Shown: positions 41,966 to 52,710 of the stretch, one piece after another | How positions within the stretch are numbered: the first letter of the stretch is position 1 | Layout of the letters: each line of letters opens with the position of its first letter | Assembly (NCBI GenBank): GCA_029932605.1 | Contig: JAOZPT010000002.1 | Span: 39,644-103,643, forward strand | Direction of reading: 5' to 3' | DNA: 64,000 bases | Origin: Candidatus Zixiibacteriota bacterium | GTDB taxonomy: Bacteria > Zixibacteria > MSB-5A5 > UBA10806 > 4484-95 | Translations under genes and position numbers: made by a program | Notes under the pieces: model-generated | What the model saw: the letters and a program-made list of their open reading frames with translations, nothing else | The model's database searches: none | Told to the model about the DNA's origin: nothing

Positions 41966-42349
41966 CTAACGGGGTGCACAGGCGCTTAAATATTTTCCCC
42001 AGTTGACCTGAGTGATCTGAAGGATATTACCATCAGGATCTGTGAGAGTTGTCATACGAGCGCCCCATTGAGTATCCTTTGGGGCCTCTGTGAAATACGC
42101 TCCTTTTTCTTTCAGGTAATTATAGGATTTATCAATATCATCTACAATGAAATTGATGCAAGGCTCACCTTTGCGGGGCTTTTCAAGTTCACCCCAGGTT
42201 TTCAATCCAATTTCAACACCTCCGCAATCGAATCCCGCATAATCCCTAAACTCGTATTTCTTTTGCAAACCGAGTATGTTCTCATAAAAACTCACCGCTC
42301 TTCCAAGGTCAGATACCGTTAGTGTAATATCCCAGATTCTTTTAATCAT
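41966..42349 (-). CDS. VOC/glyoxalase family protein
   Basis: VSDLGRAVSFYENILG, WGAR...DPDGN. Confidence 0.88.
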   Translation of the reverse strand: MIKRIWDITLTVSDLGRAVSFYENILGLQKKYEFRDYAGFDCGGVEIGLKTWGELEKPRKGEPCINFIVDDIDKSYNYLKEKGAYFTEAPKDTQWGARMTTLTDPDGNILQITQVNWGKYLSACAPR

Positions 42350-42367
42350 GATTTAAATCTCCTTGTT

Positions 42368-42925
42368 TTAATGTTGATAATCCATTCGCTGGCGTATTTT
42401 TTCCATAGCTTCTTTACCTGCCAGTTTTTCACATAGATATAGACCCAGATCGATAGCTGAGGTAACACCCCCGGCGGTGATTAAATCACCATCGTCGACA
42501 ATTCTTTGGTTAACGATAAAGTCGCAATATTTTTTAAGTTCATTCTGTGCCAGAGGATGGGTAGTTGCCTTTCTACCATTCAGGAAACCAGCTGCTCCCA
42601 ATAGCAGAGACCCGGTACATACAGAAACCTTGAACCTACATCCTCGAGCAGTCTTAAGCCATTTCAGAAATTCAGTATCGTCAATCAGGTTTCTTGAACC
42701 AGGACCACCAGGCACTATGACCATATCATAGCCTCTAAGTGAATCAACCACTTTAGTCGGTCCTAAACTTAGGCCGGTACTATCAGTTACCTTCCTGAAA
42801 GTCGAACAAACATCCCAGTGCAAATCTTTAATAAAGTTCATGGTTTTGAGCCGAACCACTGAATCATAAACTCCAATGAAATCCAGAGTGGTCATACCGT
42901 TGTAGATAATAAAAGCTATTCTCAA
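42368..42925 (-). CDS. DJ-1/PfpI family protein
   Basis: VPGG, SVCTG nucleophile elbow, ATTH, TAGGVTSAIDLGL. Confidence 0.9.
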   Translation of the reverse strand: MRIAFIIYNGMTTLDFIGVYDSVVRLKTMNFIKDLHWDVCSTFRKVTDSTGLSLGPTKVVDSLRGYDMVIVPGGPGSRNLIDDTEFLKWLKTARGCRFKVSVCTGSLLLGAAGFLNGRKATTHPLAQNELKKYCDFIVNQRIVDDGDLITAGGVTSAIDLGLYLCEKLAGKEAMEKIRQRMDYQH

Positions 42926-43170
42926 TTTATCCTCTCTGATATGTTTTCCTTTTCTTTAATGATACATGAAACCCAAAAATTCATATTTCCGATTTAGATT
43001 TACGAAAATATAATTGTCAAAGTTGCTTTAATTTTAAGTTAGAGAAGATAATATAGTTGTTAGTTATGGCATTATATTAACGAAAGCTTTATGAGAACGA
43101 ATAAATAATTTTAGAAGAGTTATTTCATTTTGATGTTTATCCAGGAACATTTTGAGATTCCAACGTTCAT

Positions 43171-43201
43171 AAAAAAACTCCCGGCCGAGATGACCGGGAG
43201 T
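43171..43201 (-). terminator. Rho-independent terminator
   Basis: ACTCCCGGTC-loop-GGCCGGGAGT followed by a U-tract on the minus strand. Confidence 0.75.
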
Positions 43202-43224
43202 GGTTACGTCACTTATTTTATGGC

Positions 43225-44046
43225 CTAAAGCCCATAGGTCACGCGAGCACCAATATCGATGGTCTGAAGTGTATTTGTTCCACCAAGATTGTACAGCATT
43301 TTAAATTTTAGACCAACATCCGGGTTGATCTGGTAACAGAATGAAGGACCAAGTTTATACCATTGCTCTTTGGTGTCGGGCAAACTATTGCTGTCCCATT
43401 TCCAATCCTGACCGAAACCCGATTCAAATTCTAAAGAGGCACGGTAGTCTTTGTTAAACCAATATCCGAAAGCACAATTAAACCATATCTCGTCACCTGG
43501 TTTTAGGTTGGTGTCGCTGTTTTCCAGTCTGAGGTTGTAGTAGATCGAAGTCTGTATATGATAGGGATTTTTATACCAGGTATAAGCAAAACCTGGACGA
43601 ATATTTACCTGGCCTGTGCCAAGACCCTTATTATCATCACCTGTTGGCAGATCAGACCAGAACCACATCGATAGATAATTACCCTTATTGTAATCGTCTA
43701 TAATCCAGTATGCTGCTGAAATCTGGATATCGCCAAAACCACTTTCAGAATTTCCCGAGCCTTGGCTGTATGACATAAACGGCATTACAACACTAACAGA
43801 CCAACGATGGTCGTTAAACATGCTATAGTAGGTCGGTCTCAACATGAAGCCAAAACCGTTCCAGGTGTCACTGAATTCTTGCTTATCGCCATTCTGATCA
43901 TAGTAATTTGAAGCGGTTGAGAATCCAGGATAACCCTGGATATAAACACCGACAGAATAGGGCTCATTATCAAAATCATCAACATCAGCGAAAGCTGAAC
44001 CGACAAGCAAAATAACACCTAACGCTGCTAAAATTAAAATTCTCAT
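43225..44046 (-). CDS. Outer-membrane beta-barrel 'transporter' (SphA/Phenol_MetA_deg-like)
   Basis: Signal peptide, SGFGDI, LPTG...LGTG, PGDEI, amphipathic beta strands. Confidence 0.75.
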   Translation of the reverse strand: MRILILAALGVILLVGSAFADVDDFDNEPYSVGVYIQGYPGFSTASNYYDQNGDKQEFSDTWNGFGFMLRPTYYSMFNDHRWSVSVVMPFMSYSQGSGNSESGFGDIQISAAYWIIDDYNKGNYLSMWFWSDLPTGDDNKGLGTGQVNIRPGFAYTWYKNPYHIQTSIYYNLRLENSDTNLKPGDEIWFNCAFGYWFNKDYRASLEFESGFGQDWKWDSNSLPDTKEQWYKLGPSFCYQINPDVGLKFKMLYNLGGTNTLQTIDIGARVTYGL

Positions 44047-44580
44047 TTTATTTCCTCCATCAATTTATTGATGCGATCAATATCTTTTTGTATTGAAATG
44101 ATTCAAACTTGGATATAAGCTTTTAGGGCATTATCACCTCCTTGTGACCCATTGGGTATCTTGTATATGGTTAACTGGTCATCTATAAATGTATTATCGA
44201 TGTTTTTAATAATAAATTTACAATATTTAAATAAATAATAACCAAATAAACCTTAAAAGTCAGTATAACTGTCACAACTAATTATTTTGCAAAATGATAC
44301 AGTGATAATAACAATGTAAGGCAAGCCTAAATTTTTTTGTTAACCTTTTGTTTTTATTCAGGTTATGTTTTTTTTCGATATTTTAGGAAGATGTTTTCAA
44401 GGAAAAATGGTGTTTAAAAATGAAAAGGTCAAATATTTTTCAATAAAGTACCCCACAGTAAATATAATACACTAGCCTTACAATAAAATAAAAAGAGTAA
44501 TTAAGGTGTTACAGTTCGTTAAATTTCGGTTTTGTTGCTCATCAAGGTATTTTTTAGTTTTATCTATTTTGCAGAAAATA

Positions 44581-44611
44581 AAAAAAGGCGCTCCTGAATG
44601 AAGAGCACCTT
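44581..44611 (-). terminator. Rho-independent terminator of the micro-protein gene
   Basis: AAGGTGCTCTT-loop-AGGAGCGCCTTTTTT on the minus strand, 7 nt after the stop. Confidence 0.75.
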
Positions 44612-44618
44612 AGAATGG

Positions 44619-44744
44619 TCACCTTTTCTTTTTGTGGAGGTGACAATACTTTGCAGGTGGTGTTACCATACGTTTACATCTTTTCCCCGTCGATGTCTTT
44701 CCTGCACAACGGACTTTTCTCCTGGGCTTCTTTTTAGTTGGCAT
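44619..44744 (-). CDS. 41-aa highly basic C-x9-C-x10-C-x2-H zinc-finger micro-protein
   Basis: Below the ORF-track cutoff: MPTKKKPRRKVRCAGKTSTGKRCKRMVTPPAKYCHLHKKKR*, with strong SD TAAGGAGG and its own terminator. Confidence 0.8.
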   Translation of the reverse strand: MPTKKKPRRKVRCAGKTSTGKRCKRMVTPPAKYCHLHKKKR

Positions 44745-45396
44745 TTAACCCCTCCTTAAGTTAAATGATGCCTCAGAATCCTCTGCCATTCTGTTTTTTA
44801 TATCAAATACAATTTTATGTCAACAATAAAAAAATTTTTTACATATATTTTTTCATGGTTTTACCGGTTAATCACTTTCGGTCTTTTTAAGAACTTAAAA
44901 GTCGTAAAGAACTATCTCCCCGAATATCGATAAATTTATACTAATTTTAACCAAAAGATAGGTTACCTTTTTAAGATTGATTCAATATCAAATATCGCTT
45001 CTATAAATTCCTTCAGTTAACCCGACTGAAATAAAAATACCAAAAGTAATGATGAATCTATTAAAAACGTCCTGCTTTTATAGATGTGACATAATTGGAA
45101 TACTTAACGCAAAATACTGGGCAGTACTGAGGATTCATCATGACAAAAAAGAATATTAGCATTAATTACATAAAATTGATATATTATTTACGTGAATGGC
45201 TCAAGTTGTCATGTGCCATTTAGTTTTCATTTAACATCGTGTAACCCCCGGAAGTATTCTGTGCAGGAAATATCCTGTTAAAAACATAATCTTAGCAAAA
45301 CTTGACATTTCCTCACAACAATATGTATTTTGTTTTTTGTCGATGGGAACATCAGGCACAAAAAATATGTAAAAACTTGAAAAAATCGGAGGTTTA

Positions 45397-46377
45397 ATGG
45401 ATCCACAGATAGAGGAAATTCAAAAAGTTGTTGACAGACAGGGAGCTTTTGTTAGACGGCTGACAGATGAGATTGGCCTGGTTATTGTTGGCCAGAAGTA
45501 TATGGTGGAAAGGCTTCTAATTGGCCTTTTAGCCGACGGCCATATCTTAATCGAAGGTGTACCGGGGTTAGCTAAAACTCTGTCAGCTAAGACCCTTTCT
45601 GATGCTGTGCAAACCACCTTCAAACGTATTCAGTTTACACCTGATTTATTACCAGGTGATTTAACCGGCACCATGGTTTACCAGAACGGTAAATTCATAG
45701 CTCGCAAAGGTCCAATTTTTGCCAATTTTATTTTGGCCGACGAGATAAACCGTGCTCCAGCTAAAGTCCAATCGGCATTACTTGAAGCCATGCAGGAACG
45801 TCAGGTCACAATTGGAGACCAAACATATCAATTGCCCAAACCTTTTCTTGTATTAGCCACACAGAACCCTATTGAGCAGGAAGGGACCTATCCGTTGCCG
45901 GAAGCTCAAGTTGACAGGTTCATGCTCAAACTGAAGATCGATTACCCTGACCGTGATGAGGAATTGAAAATCCAGGAGCGTATGGCTGTTAAGGATGTGC
46001 CACACATAACCCCTGTCATCACCCCCGAGGAAATTTTGGCAGCCAGAGAGGCTGTTTATAATATCTACATAGATGAAAAGGTGAAAAACTATATCGTCGA
46101 TATAGTAATGGCCAGCCGTAACCCCAAAAAGTATAATATCGACATAGAGGATTTAATTGCTTATGGAGCCTCACCGAGGGCTACGATTTATCTTAATATT
46201 GCAGGACGAGCTCATGCCTTTTTACAGGGCCGGGCATATGTAACACCAGATGACATCAAACTGATCGGCCCAGATATTCTTCGCCACCGAATCATACTAA
46301 GTTATGAGGCTGAAGCGGAGGAACTAACCTCCGATGATATTGTGCAGAAAATCTTTGACGGTGTTGAAGTTCCTTAG
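45397..46377 (+). CDS. moxR: MoxR-family AAA+ ATPase
   Basis: [56 protein letters not shown]. Confidence 0.95.
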   Translation: MDPQIEEIQKVVDRQGAFVRRLTDEIGLVIVGQKYMVERLLIGLLADGHILIEGVPGLAKTLSAKTLSDAVQTTFKRIQFTPDLLPGDLTGTMVYQNGKFIARKGPIFANFILADEINRAPAKVQSALLEAMQERQVTIGDQTYQLPKPFLVLATQNPIEQEGTYPLPEAQVDRFMLKLKIDYPDRDEELKIQERMAVKDVPHITPVITPEEILAAREAVYNIYIDEKVKNYIVDIVMASRNPKKYNIDIEDLIAYGASPRATIYLNIAGRAHAFLQGRAYVTPDDIKLIGPDILRHRIILSYEAEAEELTSDDIVQKIFDGVEVP

Positions 46378-46380
46378 CAT

Positions 46381-47262
46381 ATGCTTCCACGCGAACTTTT
46401 CAAGAAAATTAAAAAAATCGAGATTAAGACATCTCGGTTGGTCAACGATGTCTTTTCCGGTGAATACCATTCGATTTTTCGTGGCCGGGGGATGGAATTC
46501 TCCGAAGTACGTGAGTACATCTCCGGTGATGATATACGCACCATAGATTGGAACGTAACCGCCCGTTATAACCATCCCTACGTAAAGATCTACCGTGAAG
46601 AACGTGAGCTCACGGTAGTGCTTGCGGTTGACCTATCAGGCTCCGGCTCTTTCGGAAGCCTCCAGAAATTACGCAGGGAGATATCGGCCGAGCTTGCTGC
46701 TATTTTAGCATTCTCAGCCGTTAAAAACAACGATAAGGTTGGGCTTTTATTGTTTACTGATAAAATCGAAAAATTCATACCCCCAAAAAAAGGGCGTTTT
46801 CATGTGCTTCGGCTAATACGCGAGGTGCTATACTTTAAACCATCCGGAAAACGAACCAACTTAGCCGGAGCAATAGATTACCTCCTACGGGCAATCAAAA
46901 AGAAAAGCGTGGTATTTCTAATATCCGACTTTTTAGATGAAAACTTTTTCAAGCCACTCGGTTTGGCCTCCAACAAACATGACCTTATCGCGGTGGAGAT
47001 ATATGACCCACTGGAAAGACGGATACCCGATGTTGGACTCGTCAATTTGGTTGACCTTGAATCGAATAAACATGTTCTTATCGATTTCTCCAGCAAAGAT
47101 AATACTCGTACACTGGCACTGAAAGCTGAAACCATGAGAGCAAAACTGCATGAGTTTTTTCGGCGGCATAACATCGATATGATCGAATTAAGTACCCATA
47201 AGGACTATACCCAGCCGCTTTACAGGTTTTTTGAACAACGTGCTAAACGTATACGGCGATAA
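46381..47262 (+). CDS. DUF58 (vWA-like) protein
   Basis: GRGMEFSEVREY..GDDIR.IDWNVTAR, EEREL, DLSGS, ISDF. Confidence 0.92.
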   Translation: MLPRELFKKIKKIEIKTSRLVNDVFSGEYHSIFRGRGMEFSEVREYISGDDIRTIDWNVTARYNHPYVKIYREERELTVVLAVDLSGSGSFGSLQKLRREISAELAAILAFSAVKNNDKVGLLLFTDKIEKFIPPKKGRFHVLRLIREVLYFKPSGKRTNLAGAIDYLLRAIKKKSVVFLISDFLDENFFKPLGLASNKHDLIAVEIYDPLERRIPDVGLVNLVDLESNKHVLIDFSSKDNTRTLALKAETMRAKLHEFFRRHNIDMIELSTHKDYTQPLYRFFEQRAKRIRR

Positions 47263-47274
47263 ACTTGAAATGCA

Positions 47275-48246
47275 ATGATTGGAAAAATTTTTAAAAAATT
47301 AACGATATTTTTTATTCTAATAGCAGTTTCTGTCATCGCACAGAATGCTCCGTTATCGGGAGATGAAAACCAAGACAAGGCTCCCATCAGGTTTGATATC
47401 ACCGTCCCTCAGGACAGCCTGACTATCGGAGACGATATCATAATCCACATTAAAGCAGATTACCCTTCTAATATCAAGGTAACACCACCATCAGGTCAAA
47501 TACCAGACGAGGTGTTCGTTTTAAAATCAGGTCCGGAGGTGAAATCAAAAACCCGCAAAGGACGAAAATACGATGACTACACGTACGTGCTTACGGCATT
47601 CACAACCGGTGTTCTCGAGATACCCTCCTTTGAATTTTTTTGGTACGATTCGTTGGGCAATCAAAATGTGGTCTCTGCGCCAACAAAATCGATATATATC
47701 AAAAGCGTATTGCCAGCGGATACCAGCGGCCTTGATATAAAAGATATAATCGGACCAAAAGCTCTACCTAAACGACGATGGCCATATATCTTGATAGGCA
47801 TTTTAATAACAGTCATTATTATCGTAGTATATCTACTGCATAAACGAAAAATGAAAACTATTGAAATGCCCAAAGTACCCATTGAGCCACCATATGATAT
47901 CGCTATTAGGGAGCTGACCATACTTAAGGAGAAAGATTTACCGGGCAAAGGAAAAATAAAACTATATTATATCGAATTATCGGATATAATAAGGCGTTAT
48001 ATTGACGGGCGTTTTAATATCGATGCCGTGGAGGCTACTACCTATGAATTAAAGAAAGTTTTAAGACATCCTGAACTTCCAAAAGAAAAAATTTCAGATG
48101 CATTGAGTTTTTTAACCAGGGCCGACATGGTTAAATTCGCTAAGTTTATACCTTCGCCTCATTTAGTAAGAGGAGATTACGAGCTGGTAAAAAAATTTAT
48201 TGTCGAAACTAAACCGGTGGAAAAAGAGGTGGAAGTGGTAAAATGA
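47275..48246 (+). CDS. Bat-operon membrane-anchored Ig-like protein
   Basis: Signal peptide, IKDI, a TM segment, DIIRRYI, ADMVKFAK; canonical slot between DUF58 and batA. Confidence 0.75.
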   Translation: MIGKIFKKLTIFFILIAVSVIAQNAPLSGDENQDKAPIRFDITVPQDSLTIGDDIIIHIKADYPSNIKVTPPSGQIPDEVFVLKSGPEVKSKTRKGRKYDDYTYVLTAFTTGVLEIPSFEFFWYDSLGNQNVVSAPTKSIYIKSVLPADTSGLDIKDIIGPKALPKRRWPYILIGILITVIIIVVYLLHKRKMKTIEMPKVPIEPPYDIAIRELTILKEKDLPGKGKIKLYYIELSDIIRRYIDGRFNIDAVEATTYELKKVLRHPELPKEKISDALSFLTRADMVKFAKFIPSPHLVRGDYELVKKFIVETKPVEKEVEVVK

Positions 48247-49235
48247 TAAGGTTTGCCCAACCATATTTCCTTTTACTTCTCTTACTTCCCATTGCTTACC
48301 TGCTTTTATATTATTTCAAGAGCTATTTAAAACCACCGGTAATGGGGTATTCCGAAACGGGGTTACTGGATCGACCCAAGCTCACTTTTAAAACAGCTTT
48401 TTACCAAGCGTTACCCGCTTTAGAAGCGTTGGCAATGGCTTTAGTGATAATTGCTGCAGCCAGACCGCAGTCAGGACATGGCGAGCGTCAGGTTTTCACC
48501 GAGGGTGTAGACATAATGCTTGTGCTTGATACTTCCGGCAGTATGCAGGCAGAAGATTTCAAACCCGAAAACAGGCTGGTTGTATCAAAAAATGTCATAA
48601 GAAACTTCATCAAAGGACGGCAGGGTGATAGAATAGGTTTGGTGGTTTTCGCCCGTCAGGCTTTCACTCAATGCCCTCTGACAAACGATTATCAGCTTCT
48701 GTTACAATTCTTAAAGGAGGTTGATTTCGGTATGGTGGACGACGGCACAGCTATAGGTCTGGCTCTCCTAACTGCCGCCAACAGACTGATCTCATCCGAT
48801 GCAAAAAGCAAAGTAATAATTCTTCTCACAGATGGCGTTAACAACGCTGGCCAGATAGACCCCATAACAGCAGCCAAAGCTATAGCCACCCTCGGAATTA
48901 AAACCTACACAATTGGCGCTGGTAAACATGGCATGGTTGATTTTCCCGTTTATGACCCACTATTTGGCAAGCGTTATGTCAAAAAGATGTCACAGATTGA
49001 CGAGGAAACTCTAAAGGAAGTTGCCAGCATCACCAACGGAAGATTCTTCAGGGCAGAAAACAGCCAAACCTTGCAGGACATCTATGACGAGATATCAGTT
49101 ATGGAAAAAACAAAAATAGAGGTTAAGGAGTATTACCGTTATGAGGAGTTATATGCTGGTTTTTTGGCACTTGGGTTGTTATTGATAACTGGAAAATTTA
49201 TTTTAAGTTCAACTGTATTGAGGAGTCTCCCATGA
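48243..49235 (+). CDS. batA: BatA vWA domain protein
   Basis: AARPQ, MIDAS DTSGS, DRIGLVVF, GTAIG, LLTDGVNN. Confidence 0.88.
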   Translation: MIRFAQPYFLLLLLLPIAYLLLYYFKSYLKPPVMGYSETGLLDRPKLTFKTAFYQALPALEALAMALVIIAAARPQSGHGERQVFTEGVDIMLVLDTSGSMQAEDFKPENRLVVSKNVIRNFIKGRQGDRIGLVVFARQAFTQCPLTNDYQLLLQFLKEVDFGMVDDGTAIGLALLTAANRLISSDAKSKVIILLTDGVNNAGQIDPITAAKAIATLGIKTYTIGAGKHGMVDFPVYDPLFGKRYVKKMSQIDEETLKEVASITNGRFFRAENSQTLQDIYDEISVMEKTKIEVKEYYRYEELYAGFLALGLLLITGKFILSSTVLRSLP

Positions 49236-50236
49236 GGTTCTTACACCAAGATGTTCTTTACTTGCTTTTTTTACCCGTCGTATTGTTTTTTATATATATC
49301 GTTGGCTCAAAGTTGTCCAAAAAACGTCTTTCCAAACTAGGCGGTTTACAGATAAAACAGATGGCTCAACGTAGTGTCTCAGAAAGCCGCCGCAGGTTTA
49401 AATTTGCCTTAACAATGGTTGGCTTAACCTTGATGATTGTAGCTCTAGCTCGCCCTCAATATGGCTCTGAGCTTATCAAGGTTAAATCTACCGGAACCGA
49501 GGTCATGATTGCTCTTGATGTATCCCTGTCGATGCTGGCAGGTGATTTTTATCCCTCTCGGTTAGATAAAGCCAAACGCCAGATATCAACGGTTATTGAT
49601 AATCTGCCCGGGGAAAGCATCGGCCTTATAGTGTTTTCCGGACAGGCTTTTGTGCAATGCCCGCTGACAGTGGACCACAGCGCCCTCAGGATGTTTCTTG
49701 ATATCGTTGATGTGGGAACTATATCGGATACCGGCACTGATATAGAAAAAGCAATTGAAAAAGCCGCTGAGAGTTTTTCAGAGGAAAGCAAAGCGGACAA
49801 AGTGCTTGTAATATTCACCGATGGTGAGACCCAGGAAGGCGATCCCGTTTCGACGGCTAAGAAATATAAAAGCCTGTTTAAGATTTATACCGTTGGAGTT
49901 GGCACTCCTAAAGGTGAACCGATACCCATTCGTGGTGCTGATGGTTCAATTGAGGGCTACAAGAAAGACAAAAACGGAGAACTCGTAATATCTAGATTAA
50001 ATGAAGACCTTCTCATGGAAATCGCCACAGCTTCAGGTGGTATGGCTTATCGTTCCACACCGGGTGAACAGGAGCTGAAGTCTTTAGTAAAATGTATTAA
50101 AGGTATGAAGAAAGGTGAAACCGAGAGTAATTTCCGCCGTCTTTATGAGGAAAAATTCCAGTATTTCTTAATACCGGGGATTTTATTTATCAGCCTGGCA
50201 ATGTTTATCGGTCAGAGAGGAAAACATGCGTTGTAA
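49232..50236 (+). CDS. batB: BatB vWA domain protein
   Basis: ALARPQYG, DVSLSM, PSRLDKAK, FTDGE, GVGTPKG, FQYFL. Confidence 0.88.
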   Translation: MRFLHQDVLYLLFLPVVLFFIYIVGSKLSKKRLSKLGGLQIKQMAQRSVSESRRRFKFALTMVGLTLMIVALARPQYGSELIKVKSTGTEVMIALDVSLSMLAGDFYPSRLDKAKRQISTVIDNLPGESIGLIVFSGQAFVQCPLTVDHSALRMFLDIVDVGTISDTGTDIEKAIEKAAESFSEESKADKVLVIFTDGETQEGDPVSTAKKYKSLFKIYTVGVGTPKGEPIPIRGADGSIEGYKKDKNGELVISRLNEDLLMEIATASGGMAYRSTPGEQELKSLVKCIKGMKKGETESNFRRLYEEKFQYFLIPGILFISLAMFIGQRGKHAL

Positions 50237-50939
50237 TATCGTTGCCCTTTTAATGATAATACTTGTGTCATTATCTTATGGTGACCAGTATCGAGACTAC
50301 ATGAATAAGGGACAAAAACTGTATAACTCTGAGGATTATCAAACCGCCACCGAACAATTCCGCCAGGCGGAGGTGCTAAAACCTGATGACCCTATCGCAT
50401 CGTTTAATCTTGGTACAGCTCTTTATAAAAGTCAAGATTACAGTAAAGCCGTCGAAAAATTTTCACAATCTGCCGCAACAGCCGAAAAAAAACTAAAAAA
50501 TGAATCATACTATAACCTGGGAAATTCTCAATATAGAAACCAAGAATACGCCGGGGCTTTACAGTCGTATAAAAACGCTCTGATAAACGACCCCACCAAT
50601 TTTGACGCTAAATACAATTTCGAACTGTCAAAGATACGTCTAAAACAACAGCAACAACAGCAAAATCAACAAAAACAGCAAAAAGAGGATGAAAATAAAA
50701 AAGACCAGGAACAACAACGGCAACAGCAACAAAAAGAACAGGAACAACAACAGAAGTCACAAAATCAACAACAAAATCAAAAGCAGGAACAACAGAAACA
50801 ACAACCCAAACCGAAAAAAGGCGAGATGACAGAACAGGAGGCAAAAGAGCTTTTAGAGGCATTTGAAAAGGATGAAAAACAGATTCAAAAAGAGCTTAAG
50901 AAATTTAAAATTAAATCCGGTTCGGCTCGCGATTGGTAG
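50226..50939 (+). CDS. batC: BatC TPR protein with Q/E/K-rich linker
   Basis: YNLGN TPR repeats, poly-Q linker, C-terminal DW. Confidence 0.85.
   Translation: MRCNIVALLMIILVSLSYGDQYRDYMNKGQKLYNSEDYQTATEQFRQAEVLKPDDPIASFNLGTALYKSQDYSKAVEKFSQSAATAEKKLKNESYYNLGNSQYRNQEYAGALQSYKNALINDPTNFDAKYNFELSKIRLKQQQQQQNQQKQQKEDENKKDQEQQRQQQQKEQEQQQKSQNQQQNQKQEQQKQQPKPKKGEMTEQEAKELLEAFEKDEKQIQKELKKFKIKSGSARDW
50645..50805 (+). repeat. Low-complexity CAA/CAG-rich tract within batC
   Basis: Imperfect CAA/CAG repeats encoding QQQQQQNQQKQQKE... Confidence 0.7.
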
Positions 50940-52710
50940 TTTTATAACCCTGGCTTTAATCTGTCCGCATGCCATAAGCCAGGATATAAATATAACCGCC
51001 AATGTCGACCGCAATATCGTCGAGCTCGGCGAAACGATTAATCTCTCCATTTCTGTATCCGGTTCGGTAAGGTCCGTGTCAAAACCATCGCTACCCGATT
51101 TATCAGATTTTGATGTTTATTCCTCCGGGACAAGCTCCAATATTTCGATTGCCCCCGGTGCTACTAGTTATCAAACCGATTACAGCTATGTTTTGGTCCC
51201 CCGAAAAGTTGGAACTTATGTTATTGGTTCAGCAAAGGTTAAATACAAAGGCAGGGAGTATTCCACTCAACCAATTCAGATAAAGGTTAATCCTCCCACT
51301 AAACGAATCTCGCCATCTCAACCTGGTAGAAAACAACAGCATAACATACCCGCAAATGAAAACCAGGATTTCTTTATCGAACAGGCTGTGGACAACAACC
51401 AGCCGTACGTAGGTGAACAGGTGACGATGGTTTTTAGGTTTTATCAGGGCCAGAACCTTTATGAGCAGCCTAGCCTCGAATGGCCTGATTATAAAGGTTT
51501 CTGGGTCGAGGACCTTCCTCCCCAAAAATCCTATAACAAATATATCAATGGCAGAAACTACAGGGTTATTGAAATACGTAAAGCTCTTTTCCCAACAGTT
51601 TCCGGAAAGATAATAATAGAACCAGCAGTACTTACTATTCCCCCCGATGCATTTAGCTTCTTTTTCGACAGTGATCCATTTAATATGTTTTCCAATCGTC
51701 GAAGGAGAAGTCATACCCAAAAGGTCCTGCGAACAAACAAGATCGTTTTAAATATTAAGCCATTGCCCGAAGAAAACAAACCTGCCTCTTTTACGGGAGC
51801 AGTAGGCAAATTCAATTTAAAAATATCTCTTGATAAGGATACCGTTGAGGTTGACCAACCAGTCACTTTGAAGGCGGTTTTAAATGGTGCCGGTAATATC
51901 AAGAAACTTCCCGGAATTAATATACCCAAACTTGAAAATTTCCGACTCTATGATTCTGGCAGTAACGAAAACATCTCGAAAAACAACTATACGGTCTCGG
52001 GCTCAAAAGTTTTCGAATGGGTATTGATTCCCACCGCCCCCGGTGAGTACGACCTTCCCGAGCTCAGCTTCAGCTATTTTGACCTGTTGAAAAAAAAATA
52101 CAAAACCCTGACCAAAAAACCAGGAAGCATATATGTTAAACCATCATCGATAACTTCTTTTTCTCCAGAGTTAATAACAAAAAATATCATCCCGGGCGCA
52201 AAAACAAGTTTGAATTATATCGTTACCGATTTTCCCGAGGATTTGCCTGGCCAACCCCTTTATAAGAATAAAATTTTGTGGATGCTCCAACTTCTTCCTC
52301 TGGTCTGGCTTCTTTCTTTAGCTATCTATACCAATCGACGCAATAAATTCAAAACAGACATTGCTTATGCCAGGCGAAGGCTTGCCACAAAGGCCGCTAA
52401 AAAAGCTTTGAATAAAGCAAAAGAGGGGTTAAACAAACCTGAACAATTTTACAGCCTGGTCTATAATGCAATTACTGGTTTTATATCAGATAAGCTTAAT
52501 ATCAACACCGCTGGCCTTACAAATATACAGATAATCGAGCTTTTGAAAAATACTAAAAAAGAAAGCGATACCCTCGATGACCTATTGAATTTTCTCAATC
52601 TTTGCGACGCTGGTAAATTTTCACCAGCTAAACCATCCCAGGAACAAATGAGGGAATTCTATTTTAAAGCGGAAAAGATCCTTGAAATGCTCGAACGAGA
52701 CTTGAAATGA
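50872..52710 (+). CDS. batD: BatD family protein
   Basis: Repeated Ig-like BatD units (YVGEQV, FTGAVGKF, GAGNIK, FSYFD) and a C-terminal TM; exact start uncertain. Confidence 0.85.
   Translation: MKNRFKKSLRNLKLNPVRLAIGSFITLALICPHAISQDINITANVDRNIVELGETINLSISVSGSVRSVSKPSLPDLSDFDVYSSGTSSNISIAPGATSYQTDYSYVLVPRKVGTYVIGSAKVKYKGREYSTQPIQIKVNPPTKRISPSQPGRKQQHNIPANENQDFFIEQAVDNNQPYVGEQVTMVFRFYQGQNLYEQPSLEWPDYKGFWVEDLPPQKSYNKYINGRNYRVIEIRKALFPTVSGKIIIEPAVLTIPPDAFSFFFDSDPFNMFSNRRRRSHTQKVLRTNKIVLNIKPLPEENKPASFTGAVGKFNLKISLDKDTVEVDQPVTLKAVLNGAGNIKKLPGINIPKLENFRLYDSGSNENISKNNYTVSGSKVFEWVLIPTAPGEYDLPELSFSYFDLLKKKYKTLTKKPGSIYVKPSSITSFSPELITKNIIPGAKTSLNYIVTDFPEDLPGQPLYKNKILWMLQLLPLVWLLSLAIYTNRRNKFKTDIAYARRRLATKAAKKALNKAKEGLNKPEQFYSLVYNAITGFISDKLNINTAGLTNIQIIELLKNTKKESDTLDDLLNFLNLCDAGKFSPAKPSQEQMREFYFKAEKILEMLERDLK

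Noticed and set aside
44047..45396. Replication origin in the long AT-rich gap
   Set aside because: No cluster of TTATCCACA DnaA boxes seen and no dnaA/dnaN nearby; the gap is partly explained by a micro-protein gene and promoters.
50645..50805. Poly-Q tract as a phase-variable repeat
   Set aside because: Imperfect in-frame codon mix typical of BatC linkers, not a frameshifting simple repeat.
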